Source of the DNA: Candidatus Hermodarchaeota archaeon
GTDB lineage: Archaea > Asgardarchaeota > Lokiarchaeia > Sigyniarchaeales > SOKP01
DNA length: 64,000 bases
Assembly (NCBI GenBank): GCA_048885535.1
Contig: JBHLLO010000002.1
Span: 1 to 64,000, forward strand
Direction: 5' to 3'
The translations under genes and the position numbers were made by a program. Below the pieces are notes generated by a model. The model saw only the letters and a list, made by a program, of their open reading frames with translations, was not told where the DNA came from and ran no database searches. Below, piece after piece: positions 47,980-59,400 of this stretch (position 1 is the stretch's first letter; each line of letters opens with the position of its first letter).

Positions 47980-48705
47980 ATAATCCATAATGTTTACTTG
48001 ATTGACCAATTTACGGGAATTTGTTTAATTCATAGGAAGTATGGAACTATCGAATTTAATCAGGATTTAGTTTCGGGATTTTTAACAGCCCTTAAAGATT
48101 TTAGTGTCGAGTTTTCAAAAGGTTCTGGGGAATTAAAAGTTATTGACATGCAAATCTTTTATCTACTCTTAGTTTTTAAAGAGGGCGTATTATGTACTGC
48201 TGCGGCTGATAAAAATGATGACGCTAAAATTACTCATAAAGCATTGAGTGATATTATTGATAAATTTATTACTGTACATGGTGAAACAATTAAAAACTGG
48301 GGAGGAGATGTACGTCTTTTTAGAGAATTTGAACCAATAATAGATGAGGTTCTAGAAAGTGGAAGGATAGCAGAAATCCAAATGAAGATACCCATTCTAA
48401 AGATTTATGAAAAGGATTTCCTGAAATCTCGTAAACAAATTACAAAAAAAGGACTGATTATTACCGAAGAAGATTTACGTCAATCTCAGAATCAAAAGCC
48501 TGAGTGGACTTCGAAGAGATTACCAACTCAAGTGATAACCCAGGGTTTTTTAGATGAGGAAATGTATAAAATAGCACATTTAGCAGATGGTTTCCACACA
48601 ATTTCCGATATTGCTGAGGAAAGTGGAAAACCTGAAAGTGAGATTCAAGTAATGATAGATGATTTAGACGATTTAGGTCTGTTAAAATTTATTGAAATAA
48701 AATAA
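47980..48705 (+). CDS. Longin-like domain + C-terminal wHTH protein (probable ATA start)
   Basis: (M)IHNVYLIDQFTGICL...DLVSGFLTALKDFSVE longin-type pattern; C-terminal DGFHTISDIAEE...LDDLGLL. Confidence 0.72.
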   Translation: MIHNVYLIDQFTGICLIHRKYGTIEFNQDLVSGFLTALKDFSVEFSKGSGELKVIDMQIFYLLLVFKEGVLCTAAADKNDDAKITHKALSDIIDKFITVHGETIKNWGGDVRLFREFEPIIDEVLESGRIAEIQMKIPILKIYEKDFLKSRKQITKKGLIITEEDLRQSQNQKPEWTSKRLPTQVITQGFLDEEMYKIAHLADGFHTISDIAEESGKPESEIQVMIDDLDDLGLLKFIEIK

Positions 48706-48881
48706 AGTAGATCTTAGAAAATTTTTGAATTCTACTCAAAATGATTATCATTGTAATGAAGATTGCTTCTTTTTCTAATATTCGCATTAATTCTCATTGG
48801 TTTAAGAATAATAATTGAAATTAAATTGTTATTAAAATAAATGAAAATATTTATGAAAATTCTTGTACTAATTAATGTATT

Positions 48882-50354
48882 ATGAATGTCAATAAAATTG
48901 ATGACAATATATACGAGATAGCACCAACAACGTTAATGGCACGAGTAGAAGGGAGAATTGAGAAATTTCAGATGTATGTACCAGTACATATTTATGCTAA
49001 TGAATACATTCTCGAGAAAATCAAACTAGATAAAACTCTTGATCAAATTGCGAACGTAGCTTGTTTAAAAGGGGTTGAAAAACATGTAATCGCACTTTCA
49101 GACGCTCATCAAGGATATGGATTTTGCATTGGAGGTGTCGCAGGGACAGATGCTGAAATTGGTATGATATCCCCTGGAGGTGTTGGATATGATATTAATT
49201 GTGGAGTTAGATTATTGAGAACAAACTTAATGCTTTACGAGATAAATAATACTCTACCTAGTTTATTAAATACAATTTTTAAAAATATACCTTCGGGTTT
49301 GGGTTCAAAGGGGAAATTAAATATTAACTTTTCAGATCTAGATAATGTATTAAATACAGGAATGAATTGGACGTTAGAGAATAACTATGCTATTGAAGAA
49401 GATCTCAAACATTGTGAAGAGAATGGTTGTTTGAAAGATGCGGATGCCAGTCTAGTTTCTCAAAAAGCTAAAGAAAGAGGTTTTAAGCAACTTGGATCCC
49501 TCGGAAGTGGTAATCACTTTCTTGAGATTCAGAAGGTTGATGAGATATATAATGAATCAATTGCAAAAAAGTTAGGAATATATGAAATTAATCAAATAAC
49601 AATTATGGTTCATACAGGATCTAGGGCTCTTGGGCATCAAGTGTGTACAGATTCTTTGCGGAACGTAGAACGTGCTATGAAAAAATACAAGGTTAGAGTT
49701 CCAGATCGGGAATTAGCTTGTGTTCCTGCAAATACTCCTGAAGCTCAGAATTACCTTAGCCAAATGGCTTGTGCAGCCAATTTTGGATTTGCTAATCGTC
49801 AATTGATAACTCATTGGTTAAGAGAGTCTTTCCAACGACATTTTAATAAAAGTTTTAATGATTTAGATTTGCATTTGATATATGGAGTTTGCCATAATAT
49901 TCTAAAAGTTGAGGAACATGAAATAAATGGGAAAAAGGTGAAATTAAATGTACATCGTAAAGGCGCTACTAGAGCATTTCCACCGGGACATCCAGTACTT
50001 CCTCAAGAATACAAAGAGATTGGACAACCGGTATTAATTCCCGGTACAATGGGGAGCGCATCATATCTATGTGTTGGAAAGCCCAAATCGATGGAACTTT
50101 CATTTGGATCTACAGCTCATGGATCAGGAAGGGTTATGTCGAGATCTAAAGCAATAGCAAAATATAGGGGCTCGAATGTTAGAGAAGATCTAAGTAATAG
50201 AGGGATTTTAGTTAAAGCCGCATCAATGAAAGTCATTGCTGAAGAAGCTCCTGGAGCTTATAAAGATATTGATCAAGTTGTTCAAGTAAGCCATGATTTA
50301 GAAATTGTAGAAAAAGTTGTTAGATTAGTTCCTATAGGCGTTGTTAAGGGTTAA
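48882..50354 (+). CDS. rtcB: tRNA-splicing ligase RtcB
   Basis: DAHQGYGF, PGGVGYDINCG, LGSGNHFLE, HTGSR, HRKGATRA, HGSGR, EEAPGAYK. Confidence 0.96.
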   Translation: MNVNKIDDNIYEIAPTTLMARVEGRIEKFQMYVPVHIYANEYILEKIKLDKTLDQIANVACLKGVEKHVIALSDAHQGYGFCIGGVAGTDAEIGMISPGGVGYDINCGVRLLRTNLMLYEINNTLPSLLNTIFKNIPSGLGSKGKLNINFSDLDNVLNTGMNWTLENNYAIEEDLKHCEENGCLKDADASLVSQKAKERGFKQLGSLGSGNHFLEIQKVDEIYNESIAKKLGIYEINQITIMVHTGSRALGHQVCTDSLRNVERAMKKYKVRVPDRELACVPANTPEAQNYLSQMACAANFGFANRQLITHWLRESFQRHFNKSFNDLDLHLIYGVCHNILKVEEHEINGKKVKLNVHRKGATRAFPPGHPVLPQEYKEIGQPVLIPGTMGSASYLCVGKPKSMELSFGSTAHGSGRVMSRSKAIAKYRGSNVREDLSNRGILVKAASMKVIAEEAPGAYKDIDQVVQVSHDLEIVEKVVRLVPIGVVKG

Positions 50355-50369
50355 TTCACATTATAGGTT

Positions 50370-50807
50370 TTAGACATCAAAAATTATTTCTATTTCTATT
50401 TTACTTCTTTTTTTTTTAATAGTCATAAATGAATAAGTCACAGCCTTCACCTCTGTACCAATTTCATGTTTATCTCGATCAAATTTCTCACCACTCATAA
50501 TTGCTTTTAAAAAATATTCATCGTTCTTAGTTTTGTTTAAATTTACAATAATATCGCTAAAAATTAGGCCTTCAACATCAAAAAAGTAAAGAAACTCGGA
50601 GAGAAAGTCGAATAATAAAGCATAAGTATCTTCTGATGTTATTTCGATACTTCTTTTCACAAGTGGTGAAATTCTTTTCAAATCTGGAGTCATAATAGTC
50701 ATCAGACTTAAAGCTGTTTGTATAAATGCGTCCTCTAAAGTTCTACCCCAACTCCTTACTTTTATATCTGCTGTATGTTCTTCAAATTCAAATCCTGCTT
50801 CTTTCAT
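50370..50807 (-). CDS. Archease
   Basis: EHTAD, EVKAVTY, FDV C-terminus; convergent with rtcB. Confidence 0.93.
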   Translation of the reverse strand: MKEAGFEFEEHTADIKVRSWGRTLEDAFIQTALSLMTIMTPDLKRISPLVKRSIEITSEDTYALLFDFLSEFLYFFDVEGLIFSDIIVNLNKTKNDEYFLKAIMSGEKFDRDKHEIGTEVKAVTYSFMTIKKKRSKIEIEIIFDV

Positions 50808-50826
50808 TATTAAGTCAAAAACATAA

Positions 50827-51402
50827 TTGGAATTTATTAAGTTGTTGTCTAAATTTGATTTTTTTAGGACTTTAAATCTCTTCTTAAAAAGATTCTTATG
50901 TATGCTTTATACGATCTTAGATGATTTAATTTTTTATCAGTCTTTGAAATTTATTAGAAAATATACTAATTTCGAACTTAAACTATTCGATTATTTTTAT
51001 AATAAAACAAATATTTATCCTAAAAACATTGTTGTCATCAATCAGATCGTATTTTTTTTCGTTGATAATGAAGATTATTTTGAAGCAAAGTTGTATTTGA
51101 GTTCTCTTAGATTTAAATTATGCAGAAAGGTAGCTTTAATTCGCGCAGAAAACACTCTAATTAATTTAATACATAGCTTTTTTCCTGATATATATATACA
51201 TGATATAAGAGTAGAATATAACATTTATTCGCGTAAGCGAGAGATATCTGTTAACTTTCTGACCTTCAAGGAGAGGGGGATCGCAATAGGTAAGAATGGA
51301 GATTATATAAAAGCAATTAACGAATTACTTGAAAAATATATTGAGTTCCAAAAGTTTGGAAAACCAGTAAAAATATCTTGCAAAGTTACAAAATTAGACT
51401 AG
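50827..51402 (+). CDS. NusA-like KH-domain protein (divergent; start uncertain)
   Basis: RGIAIGKNGDYIKAINELL KH motif; first KH motif degenerate. Confidence 0.6.
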   Translation: MEFIKLLSKFDFFRTLNLFLKRFLCMLYTILDDLIFYQSLKFIRKYTNFELKLFDYFYNKTNIYPKNIVVINQIVFFFVDNEDYFEAKLYLSSLRFKLCRKVALIRAENTLINLIHSFFPDIYIHDIRVEYNIYSRKREISVNFLTFKERGIAIGKNGDYIKAINELLEKYIEFQKFGKPVKISCKVTKLD

Positions 51403-51406
51403 GAAT

Positions 51407-52180
51407 TTACCAGGGGACATCTTTTAGACCAGTAATATAAGCAACTGTATTAGCAATAATGCTTACTGAAGGTGTCAAAATTAATAAGAAAATGATAATA
51501 AATATATCTGGGGCAAGATATAGTCCTGGAATTATTAAAGCGGGAATAGCTGCAAAGAGAATCGCAAAAGAGACAAAATCAAGTTGATCAATTATCCAAA
51601 AGGGTGCTCCACTCTGAATATTCAATCTTCTTTTGAAGAAGGAGCCAATTAGATCTCCAAAAGCAGCACCGTAAGAACATAATATAATTCTTAATAATAT
51701 TATTGGTAAACCTGAGGGGAATGACCCACCAATGAAATAAAATTGATAATAAATTAAATCAGTATAGAGTTTATATATTCCATGTGTCATTCCAGAAAGA
51801 GGGATCACCTCAATAGCAGGCCATAGTGCTAAAAACAAAAGATAGATCCCGAAGGATATTGGAATCCCTAAATAAAGAGGTCCAAAAATGAAACCTCGCC
51901 AGGTCTTATGCTCTCCAAATAATCTCCGCCCATCTTTACAGAATTTTCCACGATCTATTGGTTTACCTCCTCCAACAATTACCATTCCAGCATTTGAAAT
52001 ATACCCAGGTGTTATAAATAATAAACTAAAAATAAGAAGTGCAATCCAATCTGTCCATGCAAATATTAGAGAAATAAATAAAAAATTCATTATAAGCAAA
52101 AGTGTGAAACTAATCGCTAATATTTTAGCAATTTTTGTATTTCTCTTCTTGAAAGAATAAGTAATATCATTTTGAGACAT
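51407..52180 (-). CDS. carS: CDP-archaeol synthase
   Basis: PGYISN, PIDRG, DGRRLFGEHKTWRG, GDLIGSFFKRR, DQLDF, GLKDVPW. Confidence 0.92.
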   Translation of the reverse strand: MSQNDITYSFKKRNTKIAKILAISFTLLLIMNFLFISLIFAWTDWIALLIFSLLFITPGYISNAGMVIVGGGKPIDRGKFCKDGRRLFGEHKTWRGFIFGPLYLGIPISFGIYLLFLALWPAIEVIPLSGMTHGIYKLYTDLIYYQFYFIGGSFPSGLPIILLRIILCSYGAAFGDLIGSFFKRRLNIQSGAPFWIIDQLDFVSFAILFAAIPALIIPGLYLAPDIFIIIFLLILTPSVSIIANTVAYITGLKDVPW

Positions 52181-52442
52181 TTTTCCTTAGTGATCTGTAA
52201 GAGAACTTAGATGAAATAATTATTTATTAAAATTAAATATTGGTAAAAATAAAGAAATATAATAAATCATTAATATATTGTTCTATAAATAATAATCTTT
52301 TAAAAGTGAAACTGTGATATTAAAAAATACAGAAAAGATAAGTCAGAATATATTAACGATTTAACAGCTCTCGATTAATTTGTCGGTTAACAAATAGTTT
52401 TTAAATACTTGTTAATAATAAATATAGCGTAGGTGTTATTGT

Positions 52443-53765
52443 TTGTTGACGGATTCAAAAGATAATGACAATTACTCTTTTAATATCGATAGATTTTACA
52501 AGAATTATTTGAAAGGACCTAAAATTTTTAAGATGCGTGAAGCTTTAGAGCCCTCATATATTCCTGATGAATTACCTCATCGAGATAATGAGATTAAAAA
52601 AATTGCGGGGATTACTGCATGTGCACTAAATGGAGATGTACCACCTAATTTTTTATGCTATGGAATGACGGGTACTGGAAAAACGGCAACAATCAGATAT
52701 ATCAGTCAAAAACTGGCTCAACATTGTGAAGGATCCCCTCCCTGGTGGATTTATATAAATTGCAATATAATATCTACACCATATCGTATTTTAGCTCATA
52801 TTTATAACACTATAGTAGGAAAAGAAAAAATACCCCCAACTGGATTACCAAAAGACATTATCTTCAAAAAACTACTCGGGATACTAGATTTAAAAATAAA
52901 AAATAGTGTATGTTTCCTTGTTTTAGATGAGATTGATGTTCTTATTGAGCGTAGAGGGGGGAATGAAATTTTATATGACTTAACAAGGCTAAATGAAAAT
53001 TTAGATTCATGTAGAACCTGTTCAATAGGTATTTCCAATAAGTTAAGATTTATGGATCATTTGGATTCGAGAGTTACTTCAGCATTATCGGGGCAAGAAC
53101 CTATAGTGTTTCACCCATATAATGCTAATGAATTAGCAGATATACTCAAACAACGTTCGGATATTGCTTTTAATGAGAACGTTTTGGGCGAAGGCGTTAT
53201 AAAATTATGTGCTGGTTTAGCTGCAAAAGAGCATGGTGATGCAAGAAAGGCTCTTCAATTACTAAGGAAAGCTGGAGAGATAGCTGAGAGAAAGCAACAT
53301 AAAGAAATCTCAGAAATAGACGTTATTAAAGCTCAAAAAGATCTTGAAAAAGATCATATAGTAGAATATATATTATCTATGCCCCTCCAAGCGCAATTAA
53401 CGTTAACAGCCATTTATATTTTGAAAAAATTTGGAAAAGATCATATTATTACTTCTGGTGATATATATGAAACCCACTCAGAATTAACTAAAATGTTACC
53501 TGGTGTAAAACAACTAACACACAGGAGAATTAGTGATTATATTAATGAATTATCGTTAGCAGGGATAATAAATGCTAGTACAAAATCTATGGGGCATTAT
53601 GGTAGGACAAAATTGATTGAAATTGATATCGAAAAAGATATACTTGAACGAGCTTTATCCCAAATAAAAAAATTTAAAGTGACTGGTATTTTAAACTATA
53701 AACCAATAACTTTGCAAAGTGATAAGGTTAAGATTAAGAACAATGTATTCAGAAAATTAATTTAA
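52443..53765 (+). CDS. cdc6: Cdc6/Orc1 replication initiator
   Basis: YIPDELPHRD, GMTGTGKT, YINC, VLDEID, HGDARKAL, C-terminal wHTH with GRT wing. Confidence 0.94.
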   Translation: MLTDSKDNDNYSFNIDRFYKNYLKGPKIFKMREALEPSYIPDELPHRDNEIKKIAGITACALNGDVPPNFLCYGMTGTGKTATIRYISQKLAQHCEGSPPWWIYINCNIISTPYRILAHIYNTIVGKEKIPPTGLPKDIIFKKLLGILDLKIKNSVCFLVLDEIDVLIERRGGNEILYDLTRLNENLDSCRTCSIGISNKLRFMDHLDSRVTSALSGQEPIVFHPYNANELADILKQRSDIAFNENVLGEGVIKLCAGLAAKEHGDARKALQLLRKAGEIAERKQHKEISEIDVIKAQKDLEKDHIVEYILSMPLQAQLTLTAIYILKKFGKDHIITSGDIYETHSELTKMLPGVKQLTHRRISDYINELSLAGIINASTKSMGHYGRTKLIEIDIEKDILERALSQIKKFKVTGILNYKPITLQSDKVKIKNNVFRKLI

Positions 53766-54440
53766 AAATTCTATTTCTTCAATCTCATCAGCTATTCGTT
53801 TAAGGAAGGAAGCTGTCAAATTTTCATCTTTTTCCTTTAACAAGAGGAATAATCTAACAAGATGCTTGCAAAACTTTTTTTCCACTGATTTTCTTGTCTG
53901 GAAATCATGACAATTATGCTTCAATTTTTTTTTATTTAAATCTATTTTAAGTATATAAGCTTCCTCTTTAGACCCTTTCACAGTTGCATCTATTAAACCT
54001 TTATCTAAGTTAATTATTCGAAAACTAAATGCTGATTCAGAAATACTGACTGCTCGATTTATTGTCGATTTATCTGAAAATCCTTTTAAAATAATATTAA
54101 ATTCATTTTTACTGTTTTTTTGGAATTGATTACTAAGTTTAATTTGTATTTTATAAGAAGCCATTTTTGCTAGAATGTCTAACTTTCTCTCATTTTGCCA
54201 ATTTAATAGAGCTAAATTTAGCTTCTTAGACAATTTAAGGTTTTTATTTTCGTCTTGTATGATAAACTGGTTTTTGATGGCGTTACTAATAAACCTTTCT
54301 GCCTCATTGGGAGAATAAAGGAACAATTCAAAAGATAATTTATATAGCAGGTCATTGAATGAAATGTATGGGAAATTTAGGATTTTCCATATATATAATA
54401 CCATTTCTGAGACTTTTTGTCTAGGAATTGGAAAAGACAT
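53757..54440 (-). CDS. wHTH-like + SWIM zinc-finger protein
   Basis: VKGS...YILKID...HNCHDF...FCKHL SWIM-type motif. Confidence 0.7.
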   Translation of the reverse strand: MSFPIPRQKVSEMVLYIWKILNFPYISFNDLLYKLSFELFLYSPNEAERFISNAIKNQFIIQDENKNLKLSKKLNLALLNWQNERKLDILAKMASYKIQIKLSNQFQKNSKNEFNIILKGFSDKSTINRAVSISESAFSFRIINLDKGLIDATVKGSKEEAYILKIDLNKKKLKHNCHDFQTRKSVEKKFCKHLVRLFLLLKEKDENLTASFLKRIADEIEEIEFLN

Positions 54441-54473
54441 GAGAAGTAGATTTGATTTATTTAATATATTTAA

Positions 54474-56249
54474 TTAATAATTGCTTTTTAAGTCTAGTTC
54501 AAATGCTTTTAAATCATCTAGTTGAATAATTGGTACTATTCCTGGTGTTGGATTTATTCCAAAACTCTTCATAAAATCTGTTTGGGCTTGAAAGCATCCA
54601 GAATTGACTAATGTTATGTTATTATACTTTCCACTTCCATTTATATGAATATGTCCCGTGTGAAAAATGTCAGGAATATTATCTATCACAAGCCAATCTG
54701 TTTCTAAAGGAGCTATTTGTGTTTTTTCTCCGTAGACGGGAGCTAGGTGCCTGCAGATAAGAAGTTCTTTCATAGCATCAATAGGCTTATTAATATCTAA
54801 TTCGTGTATCAATAAATTTAAATCGTGAATGCTTTCCCCATGATAAATGAGAGTATCAACATTGTGAGTCTTAATTAAAGAAGGATTGCCTAGGCATGAT
54901 ACATTTAGATTCAGTAAGTCTAAACTATACTTCTTGGAAACTGCGGGTCTAGGAATTGCGTTTCTCACGGGTTCATGATTACCTGATACATAAAAAATTT
55001 TTATATATTCAGGAATTTGGTGTACAAATTCTAATGCTTTTTTATATTGATCATAAATATCTGAAATAATTAAATCTTTTTGTTGGTTAGGGTAAACACC
55101 AATTCCATCTACCAAATCACCATTTATTATAAGATACTTTACTCTTCCAGCAATTTCTCTTAATTTTTTATTACCTATTTCTCCATTCAAAAATTTGATG
55201 AATCTTTTGAATAAAGGTTCTTCAAACTCTTTACTACCAATATGCGTATCCGAAATTAAAGCGATAGAAATAGGTTCGAATGACTTATTTGGTTGATAAT
55301 CTCTAGGGAGTTCTGCTTTTGAAATATAATTAGCGAAAATAATTCCATTATTAAATTTATCACCCTTATTGTAAAATCCCTTTACGTAGATCATTTGATC
55401 ATAGATAGTTCTTTTAATTGTTTTAATAGAATCTTGATCCTCTAAATCTTTTCTAACAAGTACGTTGATTATTCCCGTTAGATCTTCTAAAGCAAATAAA
55501 TAATTTCCATTTTTAGTCTGACGGATATCTTTAACTAATCCTATCAGTGATATTTCATTTTCTTTTGGAAACCTATCAAGATTTCTTATTTTAACTGTTG
55601 AACGAATATCAAATCGCTTCTTCATAAGAGATTCCAGCTTTTCGAATTTGTTTAAAGTTAATCTGTAAAAATCAGAATATTCTCCATCTGTATATAACTT
55701 TCCTGTTGGATCCTTTAGAATTTCATATTCGGCTTCATAATTCTTAGCAATGGGAGAAAAGTGAGTAGTTGATTTAGTCGCTCCACTCTGTCTAAACTTT
55801 TGTTCTATAGAGTTTAATAAATCTTTATCAGAATTCGATGCCTTTCCTATTTGTGAATTTATATTATTCGATTCTGGTTCTATTATATTATCTAACTCTT
55901 GAGTTTCACTTTCAATTTCAATATTTAAGGATTGATTTAACAGGTCCCCTTCTAAAGCTTTCTTCTTAATTACTCTTTTTAACACTTTTTGTATTTTTTC
56001 ATTCGAAATTTGGAGTAAAATATTTTCTGTTAGGTGACTTTTAAAATTTGGAATAAAGCTTAACTCTTTTATTATTAAACTTAAACTTTTTTGAGGATTC
56101 TTCAAATTTAAAATGTATTCCAAACTTTCAGGTGTAATATTAATCCCTGAATTGACTAGCTTATTAATTATTATCCGTTTTAGTTCTATTAAATCCCTCT
56201 CCAATGATATCTCTTCCCCTTTGCAATTATAATACTTATATTGAAACAA
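54474..56249 (-). CDS. polB: DNA polymerase D small subunit DP1
   Basis: OB fold LEDLTG; SDTHIGS, GDLVDGIGVYPNQ, GNHE, RHLAP, HTGHIH, NSGCFQAQT. Confidence 0.94.
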   Translation of the reverse strand: MFQYKYYNCKGEEISLERDLIELKRIIINKLVNSGINITPESLEYILNLKNPQKSLSLIIKELSFIPNFKSHLTENILLQISNEKIQKVLKRVIKKKALEGDLLNQSLNIEIESETQELDNIIEPESNNINSQIGKASNSDKDLLNSIEQKFRQSGATKSTTHFSPIAKNYEAEYEILKDPTGKLYTDGEYSDFYRLTLNKFEKLESLMKKRFDIRSTVKIRNLDRFPKENEISLIGLVKDIRQTKNGNYLFALEDLTGIINVLVRKDLEDQDSIKTIKRTIYDQMIYVKGFYNKGDKFNNGIIFANYISKAELPRDYQPNKSFEPISIALISDTHIGSKEFEEPLFKRFIKFLNGEIGNKKLREIAGRVKYLIINGDLVDGIGVYPNQQKDLIISDIYDQYKKALEFVHQIPEYIKIFYVSGNHEPVRNAIPRPAVSKKYSLDLLNLNVSCLGNPSLIKTHNVDTLIYHGESIHDLNLLIHELDINKPIDAMKELLICRHLAPVYGEKTQIAPLETDWLVIDNIPDIFHTGHIHINGSGKYNNITLVNSGCFQAQTDFMKSFGINPTPGIVPIIQLDDLKAFELDLKSNY

Positions 56250-56473
56250 AATTTAATGGTTTGTTATTAAACTAAAAACAAATTATTCTTTTTTATAAAT
56301 TGGGAGGGTTCAAAATATCAATATCATAGTATTAAAGGGTTTATTAAAAATTCTTTAACTCTATCAATTAAAATAGAGGGCGTCAATTAGCCTATTAATA
56401 AATTAATTTATTTAGTTTATTGTTATTAAGAAGATAAATTTTTTTGTATTATTTTTTTTAAAGCTGATTAACT

Positions 56474-59400
56474 ATGGTTGAAATGTCTAATGAAATGGAA
56501 AATTATTTTTCAGAGATTCAAAATCAAGTAGATGATTGTTATAACATAGCAGAAAAAGCTCGTAAAAAAGGTTTAGATCCTGAGATGTTTGTGGAGTGTC
56601 CACAAGCAAGAGATTTAGCTGGAAGAGTAGAAAAACTTGTAGGCCCAGAAGGAGTTGCTAAACTTATAAGAGAACTTAAAAATAAGGGAAAAAGCGATGA
56701 TGAAATAGTATTTCAAGTAGTTAAAGATATATTAGATCAAAGAGTTGGCAATATAAATTCATTAGAGGAGAGGGTGGAAAGAGCGATTAGAGTCGGTCTA
56801 GCTATAAAAACTATGGGGGTTGTGAGTGCTCCTTTGGAAGGAATTTCAAAAATACTCGTTCGAAATGATAAGCAAGGAAATAGATACCTCTCACTTTATT
56901 TTGCGGGACCAATAAGGGCCGCTGGAGGAACAACGGCAGCATTATGTGTTTTAATTGCTGATTATGTTAGAGAAAAGACAAATATACCTAAATATGAGGC
57001 CACAGAAGCAGAAATTGGAAGATATGTAGAAGAAGTAAAGCTATATGACCGGAGGGTTCATTTACAATATCCATCCTCTAACGATGAAATTAGATTTGCA
57101 GTGAAGAATCTACCTGTTGAAATAAATGGGGATTCAACTGAAGATGAAGAAGTATCAGCATTTCGAAATTTACCACGGATTGATACAAACAAAATTCGTG
57201 GAGGTGCTTGTTTAGTTTTAAATGATGGAATTCTTTTAAAAGCACCAAAACTATTAAAAATAGCAAGTGCAATGAATTTAGAAGGTTGGAATTGGTTAGA
57301 TGATTTGAAAAAAATCGCTAGTAAAGGAGAAAGCAAAAATAAAGTAAAAGAAAAAGAATTTGCAGGAAAAGACAAAAACAAAATACCCCCAAACTCAAAA
57401 TTTGTTGCTGATATTATTGCTGGAAGACCTGTATTTAGCCACCCATCAAATGTTGGGGGCCACAGAATAAGATATGGAAGATGTAGAAACACTGGTTTAG
57501 CTGCAGCAGGTATCCATCCTGCTACAATGGGAATTTTAGATAACTTTATCTCAATTGGCACACAACTAAGGACTGAAAGACCGGGGAAAAGTGCTAGCAT
57601 TTGTCCTGTTAGTTCTATTGAACCCCCAATCGTCAAATTAAAGAATGGAAGTGTAGTTAAAGTAAAAAATTATAATTTAGCAGTCAAATACTTTCCAGAA
57701 GTTGAAGAGATATTATTTCTTGGTGACATTCTTTTTAGTTTTGGAGAATTCGCCGAAAATAATCATGTGTTAATACCTTCCGGTTATGTTGAAGAATGGT
57801 GGGCTTTAGATTTAGAAAAAGTAGTTAAAGACATCCAGAGTATAGATCAAAAAATAAAGGACTATATACGTAATCCATTTAGATTCAAACCTACTCCAGA
57901 GGATGCCATTAAGTTATCACTAAAGTATAATATCCCTTTACATCCATCTTATACTGATTTTTGGGGAAATGTTTCAGTTGATGATTTAATTTTATTAAGA
58001 AATGCCTTCTTGTTAAATTTTTCAAAAAATAATGATAAATTGATTATAGATAATGATAAGGAAGTTAAAGAAGTTTTAGAAAAAGCTTTTATTCCACATA
58101 AAGTAAAGGAAAATAAAATAACCTTTAAGAAATCTAAAAGTTATGTATATAAAATATTGTTTAATCTTAAAGAAAAGCAAAGCAACGTAGTAAATAAGGA
58201 AGAAGATGTGTTTACTTACTTTTATAGATTATCTACTATAAGAGTGAAGAATAAAGCTCCTTATTACATGGGAACTAGAATGGGACGACCTGAAAAATCT
58301 GAGCGAAAAAGCATGAAAGGGATACACACTTTGTTTCCTCTAAGCGATAAAGTAGGAAATTCGAGATCAGTTGAGAAAGCGATGGATTTACATAAAGTAA
58401 AAATAGATGTATGTAGAAGATTATGTCCTAATTGCAATAACGTAAGTATCTTTAATTTATGTCCTAATTGTAAAACTCATACTGATTTAAAATCAATCTG
58501 TTTAAAATGTAAGAGTTTATATCCAGCATCAGATCCTCAAGAAAAGGAAGTATGCCCAAAATGCAAGGAAATGTTGAAATCTTCAAGTGATGCTTTATTT
58601 GATATTAAATCATATATAGATATGGTATTAGATTCTCTTCAGATATCTTTTCCAAAAAAGCTAAAGGGTATTTTTGGTTTAACCAACACTTTCAAAGTAC
58701 CAGAACCAATAGAGAAAGGTATTTTAAGAGCTAAAAATGATGTTTTGGTTTATAAAACTGCTGAGATAAGATACGATGCTACTGATATACCTTTAACCCA
58801 TTTTAAAGCTGAAGAAGTGGGCGTCTCCATTGAAAAGTTAAAAGATTTAGGATATACCTTAGATTTCAAGGGCGAGCCATTAAATAGAGAAGATCAGATT
58901 ATTGAACTGAAAGTGCAAGATGTAATTATCTCTGATGATTGTGCTAATTATTTAGTTAAGGTTTCAACTTTTTTAGATGATGAATTAGAGTATTTTTATA
59001 AAATGAATAGATACTATAATATTTCCGACAAGAAAGATTTAATTGGACATTTGATAGTAGGATTAGCGCCTCACACCAGTGCTGGAATTATCGGTCGTAT
59101 TATCGGTTTTTCTCCTGTAAGGGGTATTTATGCTCATCCCTATTGGCATGCGGCAAAGAGGAGGAATTGCGATGGGGATGAGGATGGAATCATGCTACTT
59201 TTAGATCCCCTTTTAAATTTTTCAAGATATTATTTACCTAGTAAAATTGGAGGAAGAATGGATGCTACACTAGTTATTGGAACATTACTTGATCCAAATG
59301 AAATAGATGTCGAAGCACATAATATAGATACACTATTCAATTATCCTTTGGAGTTTTATGAAGCAACAGAGATATATAAATCCCCTTCAGAAATAGAACA

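Noticed and set aside
52181-52442. Replication origin upstream of cdc6
   Set aside because: AT-rich, but no recognisable ORB repeat (TCCA-x-TGGAAA with G-string) here or in the DP1/DP2 gap; cannot be supported from sequence alone.
57058-57636. 192-aa minus-strand ORF and similar short antisense or overlapping ORFs throughout the track
   Set aside because: Lie opposite or inside well-supported genes (here DP2) and show no motifs.
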